DNA of 64,000 bases from Chiloscyllium plagiosum (Eukaryota), in NCBI RefSeq assembly GCF_004010195.1, contig NC_057715.1, positions 12,784,409-12,848,408 of the forward strand, read 5' to 3'. The translations under genes and the position numbers were made by a program. Under the pieces are notes generated by a model that was not told where the DNA came from, made no database searches, and saw only the letters and a list, made by a program, of their open reading frames with translations. Of the stretch, positions 50,073-62,070 are shown piece after piece. Position 1 is the stretch's first letter, and every line of letters starts with the position of its first letter.

Positions 50073-51332
50073 GTCCAATTTCAGTATGTGTGCCTGTGTC
50101 TGTCTGCCTAATGGCAGAGAATTGAGGGGAACACTGTCTCAGAGGGAAGGGAAGCAGCAGTGATTATTTCCACAGAGCCCTGTCTCTCAATGAATGGCTC
50201 TTTGAATACATGCAATTAGCGGATGAAATGAAGTTTTGACCACAATTCTCCTTTCGCACAGTGAAGGAAAGGCTGAGTGGTTGCTGTTTATATTGTGCCA
50301 GGGCTTCTTATTCATAGACTCCTTTGACGAGCTGGGTGGTGTTCCCACTGGCAATGGGAAGAAGCTCTTTCACATCCAGCTTATTACATGGCTAATTAAC
50401 CAGGAGCGTTGGGCTCTTGTTGGAAACTGTCAACAAGGAAGCAAGCATAGCTAACTGGCACAGCTTGTCACTTGCATAATGCATGTAAACAGAGATAGTC
50501 TGTCACTGAATTTGATTAATAGACAGGAAAATCATAAACTTGAGAAAACAAAACTTGATAGCTCTTGCAAATGTTTAATATATTTTATATTCCAGAAATG
50601 CTGTTCTAGATAGTCCTCCTATTTACTTTACTTTAATTGCAATCATTTTTCAAGTGTGCCAGCAGGAAATACCCTGATCTGTTTCATTTGTATTATCAAA
50701 CAGGGAGAAACAAATAAAATCCTATACCTCACTGATGGAACCAGCCTGTGTAATATGGCAAAACAAAAAGGCAAAACATAAGTCTGCAGGTACAGGAAAT
50801 AAAAACCAGCCTCCCCTTTAATGTGTTGGAAATACTCAGCTGGTCAGGCAGTATCTGTGGAGAGACACAAAATTACACAGCCTGGGTTTGAGGCACCAAC
50901 AGTGGCAAAGGCTGAGCCAATTTGAGGGTCAGATGAGGACCAGAACCATTGGTTTGGACACATACTTACACTGAAAACAGCAAGTTGAATTGCTCAAGAA
51001 TCGCCTTTGAAGCAGCTTCTGTTGGTGGGTCCACAGACCATCTCATAAAAAGACAGGGAACCATTGTTTTAAGAATTTGGCCTGATGACCTGTAACTTAT
51101 CCATTTTTTACATGATTTGATTAGAGCTGGTAGTACCCGACTCAAAGCCTGCTCAGGAAGGCCTTTTCTGATGATTCAACTTCACCTCAATTCCAAGAAA
51201 TGGCTGACAGCAGCAGGAATGAACATTCAGGGCTGAGTGAAGACATTTGAAGTATTGAATTTTATTTATCAGGTGTATGCATTCCCCCTTTAGCATGACT
51301 TGTTGGACCTCTTAAATGAATATAATTTATTA

Positions 51333-51830
51333 CCATAAGACCATAGGACATAAGAGCAGAAGTAAGCTATTCAGCCCATCATGACTGCTCCACCATTCAA
51401 TGAGATATTGGCAGATCTGATAATCCTCAACTCCACTTTCCTGTCCTTTCCCTATAACTTTTGATTCCCTTACTGATTAAAAATCTGTCTATCTAAGCCT
51501 TGAATGTACTTACCAACCCAACCTCTATACCCCTCTGTGTGAAAGAATTCCACAGATTCAATACCTTTTTGGAGAAGAAATTCCTCCCGATCTCTGTTCG
51601 ATATGCATAACCATCCTCCACCCCCACCCCACTCTGAGATTATGCCCTTTAGTCCTAGACGCTCCTGCGCACAAAGGGGAAACCACTTTTATTTATATAC
51701 CCTGTCAACCCCTCCATAAGAATTTTGTATGTTTCAATAAGGTCACTTCTCATTCTTCTAAACACCAAAAGGTACAAACCCAACCTACTGAACCTCTCCT
51801 TATAAGACAGCCCTTCTATTCCCAGATTTG
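51333..51830 (-). mobile_element. CR1 3' fragment
   Basis: (ccataaga)n tail; GLSYKERFSRLGLY..RMRSDLIETYKIL. Confidence 0.85.
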
Positions 51831-53817
51831 ACCCTAGTGAATGTTTTGCCACTTGTCTGCCCATTCTGGTAACCCTATCTATGTCCTATTGCTGTCCATT
51901 GGTCTCATTCTCACTGTTTACTCAACTCCAAGTTTAGTATTATGGACAAGTTTTTGAAATGTTATTCTGCATTGTAATATTTACATTTTATACACATACA
52001 TTTTATATATATATCTGTAAAAATGTGTGTGTATCAAAGAAGTCCTAGCACAAGCCCTTAGAGAACATCACAGCCTGAAAAATGATCATTTATCATAACT
52101 TGCTGTTTTGAGTCCTTAAGCAAACGTTAGCATGGTTAAAGTTAGTTTTAAAAAATGTATCTGATCTTATAAAACCCTGCTTGCAAGAAAATCTGTATAG
52201 TAAGATGATTACAAAATAACTGACACTAACCTTCTCACACATAGGACAGTTAGGATGCCAAAACCAATGTCTGGACAGTTCAGGGCACTTTGTGGTACTT
52301 TGCTATTAAAGTATTAAGGATTGTTTTGGACCGTTGTGTGTTGAAGAACTATGTCCTAAAGGAAAGACTATCCCTCCATCCACAGATATGATTGCACCAG
52401 AAATCAATGAATGCAAGGTCCTAGCATGAATGTTGCTGGAACTATGCTTCATCAATCATGGAAGGAAGCCTTGCCTGCAGTGGCCAGAATAGCTACAGAG
52501 AAGCTGGTGGCTGATTTGGTCATCGAGAGTGACAAAATCCTTCATCCTGCCCAGGAAATCAGATAAAATAACAAGTGTGATGGGAATTGGAATATGTATT
52601 ATGCTTATGAGATATGAAAAAAGATAATAATTCTTTAGAATAGCTATACTTCCTCTTTAAATTTTAAGCTGAACCTATCCAAACCAAAACATGGTCTGAT
52701 GCCAGTTGACCACAATTTATTAAAAGTCCCAACCATTTGTCGCAAGAGCAAGTTCAGGCAGCAACCATCCGGAATCCATCTCCCACACAGTAAGCATTGT
52801 GGTCATAATTTATACAAAGGAACAGTAGAACCTATGGGAGAAATCTTACCAGAATCAGTGTTTTATTTTGTCAAGTTTTATGAAGAATTTCTCTCCATGA
52901 TGCCGAGTGAGTTTTCTCATGTTAGAGTCCGAACCCTGTGCGCCATTCCTTTATGACATGCTATTCTTCATATTCTTCCACGTCTTAGGAGGAAGGACCC
53001 ACCACCATTGGACTTTGGGGATTCCTGATGCAGAGCCATAGTGTTGTGCATCCTGTCAGTACAGAGCTGCTGTGAATGGTTCAATAAACTTTCCCTGGCC
53101 ATGGCAGACCAGGAGAGATTGGTGCCCTACTTTGCATGGAAAATCATGGCTGATTTGGACATTGAGAGTGACAAAATCTTTCATCCTGCCCAGAAAATCA
53201 GGCAAAAGAATAGATGAGATGGGAATTGGAATGAGTGTCATGCCCACAAGTTGTGAAGAAAGATCATACAGGTCCCCATAGATGGGGCAGTTTAGTGGAG
53301 GGCTATCTGAAGTTGCTACCTGGGTCACTGTATTCTCCATCATCTGGAGAAATGCCCAGCAATGTGGACAGAAGTTCAATGATCTTCTCTATTCTGATAA
53401 AGCCATCACCTTCTCACACTCATTCTAATGCTGCTGCACCCAGCTCCTACCAGCTCTCATGGTCTACCACTCACAAGATTGAGTGCCACACCTTCCCAGG
53501 CAACTGACTGCAGGGATAACAGAATCAATGGCAAGACAGCAGCATTGCTATTTTCTGCCAGAAACATTTATAACTTCGTCAGCTGTAGTACAGCCATTAC
53601 CTCTTGTTGCGTAACTGTGTTTTCTCACTAGTCAAAGCTAGTGGACAGAGACAAGGTCTGCATGATGTAGCCAAATTGCTGTGCTGGTGCTGTAACTACC
53701 ATTAAGTGGCTTCTGGATGTGTCTGATTACATTCCTGCTGTAACCAGACAGGTTGTTGTCACTATTGTGTACCCACCTCCAGGACATGGGTTGGAGAGTC
53801 AGTCTGCTGCTTTCTAA

Positions 53818-54112
53818 TGCACAGTGGCTCAGTGGTTAGCACTGTTGCCTCAAGCACAGAGACCTGAGTTCAATTCCAGCCTTGTGTGACTGTCTGTGTG
53901 TAGTTTGCGCATTCTCCCTGTGTCTGCATGGGTTTCTATTGGGTATTCCAGTTTCCTCTTACAGTTCATAGATGTGCAAGTTAGGTAGATTGGCCAAGGT
54001 AAAGGTGGACTTATGGGAATAGGGGTGCATGGGTGGGATCGTGTTCGGAGGGTTGGTGCAGACTTGATGGGCCAAATGGCCTCTTTCTGCACTGTAGGGA
54101 TCTATGATTCTG
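53818..54112 (+). mobile_element. HE1-type V-SINE
   Basis: gtggctcagtggttagc, gagttcaattcc, V-domain, CR1-like tail. Confidence 0.88.
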
Positions 54113-54503
54113 ACTCTCACACCTCTCACATGGGCTAGAAAAAGTCTGTCCATTTTTAAGTATATCATCTTCATAATTATCCCTGAATACCCTCACAGAT
54201 CGTGAACTACTAATTTTATGTTTGTGGAATGTCACACTTCACTCTAATGATCAATGATTCCACATAGAAGATGTTTTTGTTTAAATTAGTTTGTTTACCT
54301 TTGTTTTAGATTCTATCTTAATCCAACCACAATACAGTAATTCATTTTTCTATCTGAAATTTTCAATTAAAAATAAAGGATATTAGGTACTTTTCAATCT
54401 CCTGGTTTGTTGTGCATGAGTTCTTCAATGCTGTATCTGTAAGCCGAGTTCATTGCTGCTGCATATTAGGGCATGCCTTTGACCTGATGCCAGTCTGAAT
54501 ATA

Positions 54504-54673
54504 GGTGAAAGTGGGTACTGCAGATGCTGGAGATCAGAGTCAAGATTAGAGTGGTGCTGGAAAAACACAGCAGGTCAGGCAGCATCCGAGGAGCAGGAAA
54601 ATCGACGTTTCGGGTAAAAGCCCTTCATCAGGAATGCCTGACCTGCTGTGCTTTTCCAGCACCACTCTAATCT
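54504..54673. mobile_element. Asymmetric palindromic PLE-derived element with well-preserved hammerhead core (minus strand)
   Basis: Minus 54635-54600 attcCTGATGAaGGGcttttaCCCGAAAcGTCgatt; 18-bp direct repeat tgatgccag(t/c)ctgaatat at 54485-54502 and 54674-54691. Confidence 0.9.
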
Positions 54674-55964
54674 TGATGCCAGCCTGAATATGTTATCCAG
54701 AAAGAAGGAATATTCACAGAGAGCACTGTGTCTTTATGGGTTAATGAGCAGCTTGCTTGAAGGTCAGGCCTTGCTTCATCACTGACTGCAAAATGTAAGT
54801 CTCTATAGCCAGAATGTGGGTATTTACTAATTAAGTATTTGTTGAAATATAAAGAAACTTGTGACATTAAGAATTAATATCAATGTAAAATAGCTTTCTC
54901 ATTCTACTTGAAATTAGGACTGAGTTGCAAGATCAGAGAACTGTTACAGGGGGTGACTTAAAATCTGCAACTAAGCTAGTTATATTTAAGGATAATGATC
55001 TTTAAAATACTTTATGCAATTAAGTAGTACCAGTTAGATGAGAGGCGTAAGACCCCATTTATGCTTAGTTTTCCATTGTACACGAAGAAGATTTTTGACA
55101 AGGGAGCAGGTGAAAGCTGAGTCGAACTCCCTACAGAGACAGTGTGTGTGTTCTGCTTCAGAGTGAGACCCCAGGTCAACCTGCCTCACTTAGCATTGCC
55201 ACCTCACCAGATAAAAGCTGCTGATTAGCAATTGTAATGAGCAGGTGTGAGGGCCCTAACTTGGCTTCTGTAGTTAGAGGCATAGAGAGTGGCTTCTCTA
55301 TATTGTGTTTGCCTTCCGTGTGTGCCAACTCAAGCCTCAGGTTTTGAAATATGTGTAAGAAGCATTTGGAAATATGCACAAATATACATCTGCGTACATG
55401 TGTGTTCGCGTGTCTGTGTACATGTATGTATAAAGCAATGCTAATTAACACAGCTTTCATTCCTCCTACCAACCTTTATCTGAACTATTGTTAGCTTATT
55501 TTTAAAACCCTTCCTCCCGCACAAGGCTATGATAGGATCAGCTTGTCAAACACGTTCTACCTCATTGGCTTTCCATACAGATTTCCATGGATTTTCCTTT
55601 TGTACCATGAAAACATAACAGCAACAATTAGCTGCTCACTAATCTCTTCCCATCTTCAGCAGCTGAAAAGGTTTTAGAAGGAGGGAGAAACAAAGAGTAA
55701 GCTGGGCTCTCGGTTGCTATGTGACAGTGCCATTTCTTATACACACAATGCTGACAATTCTCCATGCTCTCACCTCTCACCCAAAACAGAAGCATTTCTT
55801 TTGAGCACAACAGATCACCACTTACTACTCATCCAGTTCAGTAAGAAACACCAAGAGAAAAACAATATTTAAAAGGTGCTTAGCTTGGTCTGAGTCGAAC
55901 TTGTCAGCAACCCAATATATTAATACAGTTTCCTTCATTTCATGTAATGGTCATTATTTCTGAC

Positions 55965-56340
55965 ATTGATGCCACTTAGTTATTCGCATTCTCACTTCTG
56001 GGTCAGTGGTTTTTTATATTAATGCACCAGGACTGCACTGCCAGAGATGTTCTTACTTTAGAAGACATTAAGTCTGCTGAATAGCTAGAGGTAAAAGGTC
56101 TGATAGCATTGCTCCCAAAGAGCTGTTGAACTCTTTCCAGTGTCTTGCTACCATCACTAAAATTAGGTTATCTGGTCATTATCTTGCTGCTGTTGAAAGA
56201 TATTGCTGTGTGTGAATTGGTTGCTGACTTTTCCAGCACTGTAACTGTGACTTCAAATTTAAAAATATTTAATTGGCTGTAAAGGACTTTGGGATGCCCT
56301 AAAATTTGTGCAAGGCATTAAATAAATATGAGTCAATATT
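55965..56340 (+). mobile_element. Deu-domain SINE (SacSINE1-like)
   Basis: catcactaaa..ttatctggtcattatc..gctgtgtgtgaattggttgc..gtgact..attggctgtaaag.actttgggatg.. Confidence 0.75.
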
Positions 56341-56354
56341 TTAAAATTAGAATT

Positions 56355-57000
56355 ATTATGAGGCATAAAGAGGCCATTCAGCCCACCATATTTGCATTGC
56401 TTCTCCGTATGAGTATTGTCTCTTGATGCCATTCTCCTGTCCTTTCCCAGTAACCCTGACTTTGTTCCTTTTCAAATAAACATCTAATGCCCTTCTGAAT
56501 GCCTCAATTGAACTTGCCTCACCACACTCCCAGGCAGTACACTCCAGGTCCGAACTAATCACTGTGAAAAAGTTTTTCTTACCTTACACTTGCTTCTTTT
56601 GCAAATTCCTTTAAATCTGCACCCTCTTGTTCTCTATCTTTTTACTAGTGGTAACAGTTTCTCCAATTGTACTCTGTAAAGACACTTAATGATTTTACAA
56701 ACTTATATCAAATCTTCTCCTAGCTTTCTCCTCTGTAAGTAAAGTAGCCCCTGTTTCACCAGATCATCTCCATAAGCCAAGTCTCTCATCCCTGGAATCA
56801 TACTTATAAACCTCTTCTGCATTCTTTCCAATGCATTTAAGCCCTTCCTGAAATATAGCACCCATAAGTGCACACATAATTAGTGTCATGGAAATGTTCA
56901 GCAAAACCTCTTTGATCTTGTCCTCTATGCTCCTATTAATATAATATAAGATAACATATGCTTTAGCAAATGCTCTTTCCACCTACCCTGCCACATTTGA
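56355..57000 (-). mobile_element. Old CR1 3' fragment
   Basis: gaggccattcagccc tail; EASSIEAFRRALDVYL; degenerate KAY..L..INRSIE. Confidence 0.75.
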
Positions 57001-57084
57001 ACTAAAAACAGCAATGCTGGAAAAACTCAGTGAGTCTAGCTGCATCTGTGGAGGGAGAAACAGAGTTATTGTTTTGAGGAACTT

Positions 57085-57800
57085 ATCCTTGAAGTGTTCA
57101 AAACTGCGCCTGTGTTGGTGGAAGAGTATTTTGAAAGTGATGCATGACTTAGCAACCAAACAGGTTGTTTTATCATTAATGTATCAAACGTATTGAGTAT
57201 GTAAGAGCTGCACTTACCCAGACAGGTAGAGAGTATCCAATCACACTCATGACTTATGTTTGGTCGGTGACGGACAGGTTTTTCAGATTAGAAGTAAGTT
57301 GATCACCACAGAATTCCAAGCCTTTGACCTGTTCTTGCAGCCTTAATATTTATAGGCCTGGTCCTACTCAGTTTGTGGCTAACTGTTATCAGCAGGGTGT
57401 TGATAGTTGGAAATTCAGTGATGTTAATGCTGTTGATGCCTTGATGAGGCAGTTGGATTATTTTTTGTTGGAAATTCTTATTGCTTGCCATTTGTGTCAT
57501 GCAAATGTTACTGTCTGCCTATCAGCCCAAACCTTAATGCAAATGGACACAGACATCTTCAATATCTGAGGTGCCGTAAAATTTGAAATTAGCAGCGAAC
57601 ATCCCCAATTATGATCTTATGGTGGAGGGAAAGTTATTCACAAAGCAGCTGAAGATGATCGAGTCCAGGACACTGCCCTGGGCAGCTCTGGCAGTGATGT
57701 GATGGGACAGAGATGATTGGCCTCAAGCAACCACAACTGTCTTCTTTATGGTTCCAATCAATGGAGTGTTTTCACTTGATTCCTAATTGACTCAGTTTTG
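57085..57800 (-). mobile_element. Family-B LINE fragment
   Basis: Reverse-complement match to 22800-23200; gatgatcgagtccaggacactgccctgggc corresponds to PQGSVL.P.IF. Confidence 0.7.
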
Positions 57801-58529
57801 CTCAATATATTCAAGGGGAATGGAACATGGCACTTTGGCATAAATTTTGCAGTGAGAATGTCAGTTTAGTTTAATCTGACCAAGTGGACATATAGGTTTC
57901 TCATGCTTCCACAGGTTTACAAATGCAAATCTTGGAGGAACTCAGCTCCACACCAAACACATTTCAAAACTTTCCTAGTGAGACTATTAATCTGTTTTGA
58001 TGCTAGTCTTTATTGGGAATCAAGTGTAGTCAATACAGAGAATCTGATGAATTAACAGGATGAAAAAAGACACACCAAAGAAATCGTGAATGGAAGGAAG
58101 TATTGGATGACATTCTGAAATGTTCAGGTAATAATAAAGGACAGAATTAAAAGCCTGTATTTCAAAATAATGATATAAATACGATATAGAAAGAAAAAGG
58201 GCAAATGTTGACTTTAAAAGCTATTTGATTGCATAAGTAATAGTTCATCATCAAACATGTTAAATAGTATTCACAGAGTGATCACAGAACATTCACCCAG
58301 CTCTGCAGTTGAGTAGACTTTATTATAATCGTATTACTGTGAGACTGGATCCCAAGAGTTAGTATGTGACTAGTATAATTCTTCGTGTGTTACAGTATAA
58401 GCTGTATTGCAATTTGAATGCATTGTCAGTCACACTATTACTGAGTGCAATTGTATTATAATTTAATGGGATAAATTTATAGCTCATTGGCAGATTGGTA
58501 AACAGAATATTAGACATAATGCTGAGGGC

Positions 58530-60570
58530 ACCGTGTTGTATAATTGACGGTGAAGAAGGTTATCTAAGATTACAAGAGCTTTTCATCAATGGGCTGAAGA
58601 GTGGTAGATGGAGTTTAGATTGTTGGATTTACATTTAGATTTTTATTGTCATGTACTCAAGTACATAAGTACAGTGAAAAGTGTATAATGTCGCCACAAA
58701 TGGCACCATCTTAGGTACAAAGGTACCTTGGTACAAAACAGTAAAAGAAACAAAGTTTCAAGCATTAAGCATTACCTTCATAGAATAAATAGAAAAATAA
58801 AGAAATAAGGTAATAGTTAAACATTAAAGTCCTTCTTAATAAAAACTATAAAAATGAAGTTCAAAGTTCAACAGACTTTGATGAATCATCTGCTTAGCTT
58901 GCTCTCTGGGAGGCCTCAGCTGCCTGTTCTTGACAATGCTGCTGCAGATATTGGGGGACCTCCCTCACTGCCAGCTCTTCTCATGTTGGGCTGTGGTGTC
59001 ATCACTGCTTCTGCTGACACTGACACCACCCCAATGTCTTCCTGCTGCCTCTGAAACATGCCTGAGCAGGACCCACTTGCATGCCAAGGTGCCACTACGC
59101 CAGGCTAAGAGACTGGGCCAAGACCCCACCACATTTGGCTGCGGCTGCCGAAAGACCAGGATAAGACACCGCTATGTCCAGGTGAGAGACCACCATGTGC
59201 TGTCAAGAGGCTGGGCCGAGAGGCTGTCACAGGCCACTGAGAGACCAGGCCAAGGGACTGCTGAGAGACTGGCCCAAGAGACTGTCACTGACCGGGCCAG
59301 GCCAAGAGAACTCCTTGCTGAATGTGCGTGGAAGCCAGGAGTGAAGAAAAGAAGAAAATAAACGCTAAGAGAGAAAAGAGAGAAAGAAATGTACAGAGCA
59401 GATGAGCTCTGGCTGAAGTGTCCTACTCTGCCACCACTATCTTGGATCCATTTTGGATCTTGGTTTGATTTGGATAAATTTTATTAGATTACTTACAGTG
59501 TGGAAACAGGCCCTTCGGCCCAACAAGTCCACACCGCCCCGCCGAAGCGCAACCCACCCATACCCCTACATTTACCCCTTACCTAACACTACGGGCAATT
59601 TAGCACGGCCAATTCACCTGACCTGCACATCTTTGGACTGTGGGAGGAAACCGGAGCACCCGGAGGAAACCCACGCAGACACGGGGAGAACGTGCAAACT
59701 CCACACAGTCAGTCGCCTGAGGCGGTATTGAACCCAGGTCTCTGGCGCTGTGAGGCAGCAGTGCTAACCACTGTGCCACCGTGCCGCCCACAAATGTAAG
59801 GTATTACATTTTGGTAAAACAAACAAGCACATGATTTAGACAATAATTGGTAGGGCCCTGAGTAATGCTGTAAAACAGAGAGACCTCGGGGTTCAGGTAC
59901 ATAATGCTTTTCAATTTGCATCACAGGTAGACAGGGTGGTTAAGAAGTTGTTTAGTGCCTTCATTGTTTGGTTCTTTGAGTATAGGAGTTGGGATGTCAT
60001 GTTGAGGTTATACAGGTTGTTAATGTGGCCTCTTCCAGAATACAGTTCTGGTCACCTGCTGTGGCAGGATACTATTAAACTGGAGACAGTTTAGAAAAGA
60101 TTTACCAGGATATTGCCAGGAGTGGATGGTTTGAGTTATAAGGAGAGGCTGGATAGGCTGGGACATTTTTCACTGAAGTGTAGGAGGTTGAGGGGCGACC
60201 TTATAGAAGTTTATAAAATTATGAGGGATATAGATAAGGTGAATAGCAAGGGTCTTTCCCCTAGATGGGGAAGTTCAAAACTAAGGGACATATTTTTAAG
60301 GTTGAGAGGAGAAAGATTTAAGAAGGACATAAGGGACAACTTTTTTATGCAACGAGCGGTTTGTATGTGGAATAAACTGTCAGAGGATGTGATGGATGCA
60401 GTTACAGTTACAACATTTAAAAGAGATTTGGATAAATACGTGAATAAGAAAGGTTTGGAGGGACATGGGCTAAACACAGGCAAGTAGGGCTATTTTGGTT
60501 TGGGAATATAGTGGGCATGTTGGACTGAAGATTCTGTTTCTATGCTGTATGATTGTATCACTCTATGTCA
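58530..60570 (+). mobile_element. CR1 3' part interrupted by a Rex1-tailed element (about 58620-59450, minus) and an HE1 SINE
   Basis: WAEEW.MEF before the inserts, KC.VLHFG after; ORF 60113-60487 is a CR1 C-terminus. Confidence 0.88.
59481..59790 (-). mobile_element. HE1-type V-SINE, full length, young
   Basis: Minus gggcggcacggtggcacagtggttagcactgctgcc.., CpGs largely retained, tail ctgtaagtaatctaat. Confidence 0.95.
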
Positions 60571-61429
60571 TCAAGAATCTGTCTCAGCTCTTTTATAATT
60601 TTATATGTAGCAATATGTAGCAGAGTGGCAGGTGTGTATGGTTACTATTTTGGGTGGTCTGCCACTCTTGAGCCTGGTGAGCACCCTAAAGTTGCCAATT
60701 AATGGCCACTAAAGGATCACGTCCTGTCACCAGCTAATGTTTCCCAAATCAGACAAATGCTGGCGCTGAGTATGAAATTGTATGAGCTGATGGCAGGCAT
60801 GGAGGTGCCTATTTTAAGGACCTTCTGGGCCATTGGACATACCTCCCTCCAACCCTAGGACTTGCCTTTTGATAATTCCTCTCCTAATGGTCTGCTGTCC
60901 CAGCCCTCCCCCCTCACCCCTTTGCCCTCCTTGCTATGCCTGAGCAGTCTTGTCTAATGATACCCCAATAATTGGTGTCCTGATTCAATGATAATCTCCA
61001 CTAGGGCTTGATTGAAATGACAACAGTGGCCACCAGTCCTGGTGTTCTTGTTAGCACCAGAATGATGCCAACCATCTTCTTGACCAACAGCTCCGGTAAA
61101 TGAGCCTTTTTCCTCTCATAAAGATGAAAAGTCCACCAAGTCACTTCATGTCCCAGTAACTATTAAAGGACAATAGCATCTGGCAAAGTGGAGGGGTCTA
61201 ACTTAGTGTTGAAGTGTACACTGGTGAGAGAGAGGGTCAATGAGGGGCAATGCTCCAATATAACATCTTGGTCTGTGCATTAGAGAGACCATTACAATGC
61301 AACATTGTTGCAGTGCATTATAGGTGTGTAACAGTGTTGTTGCTGCTTGTAGCTACAGAATATCGGCTGTTATGGTAAATCCATCTATCTGTCTCACCCC
61401 ATCGTCACGCATCTGTTGTATTTAGTCTG

Positions 61430-62070
61430 CAGTCACTTTGGAACATCCATCATCCAATTATACGCAGGGAAATCTCCCATTCTGCTGCTCCCCCCCTTTG
61501 CCATCAGAAGTGTTGTCCTTAAGCTCTGATCAAAATCCGAAACATTCACATTTTCTTTTCTGGCTGTCAATTTTTCGAGTCCTTCTCGTTTTTGCAATTT
61601 CAATTACCTCTTTGTTTGATAATGGTCTGTATATGGAATTTTTTCGCATTTATTTTAGTGTCCACATTTCAAAGCTTCAGATATTTACCTCCAAATTTCT
61701 GAGGCAAGCAGAAAAATGGATGGAATGAAGTATTTTTTGAGATTTTTTCTTTATACAAGTTTGAGTTTTCTTATTAGCATATCCTTCACGAAATTCCTTC
61801 TGGATATATTTGTCTTTTGACTTCAACACCACATCTATCATCCTCTGCTATCGTTTGTCTGAAATGACAATCCTTGTCTACTTGTTCCTATTAACAACAT
61901 ACACTTCAATCTTATACTTTTGTCGTTTTTGTGTTCATACTTAACCCACTTTCAAAACTTCTGGATGTCACGTTCCAGCTATTATAATACATCGTGACTG
62001 GATTACAATACAATGCGCGATGCTGTGTATCTGTATCTTATGTACAATTTTCAGACCGCTGAGCAGGTCT
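61430..62070 (-). mobile_element. Ancient RTE-like LINE RT/C-terminal remnant
   Basis: Minus strand fragments GLSMNTKTTKV, EQVDK..QTIAEDDRCGVEVKRQI, FEMWTLK*M, SNKEVIEIAK, QKRKCECFG match RTE-type motifs (EDGRC..EIKRRI, EAFEMW, NEEVL, KRK..YFGH). Confidence 0.7.

Noticed and set aside
58930-59361. 143-aa ORF ending KKRRK as a host gene
   Set aside because: Lies antisense within an insert that splits a CR1; low-complexity repeats explain the open frame
59715-59790. tRNA genes (also at 8954, 19118, 53820, 43120)
   Set aside because: tRNA-like A/B boxes continue into SINE bodies and LINE-like tails; these are SINE heads
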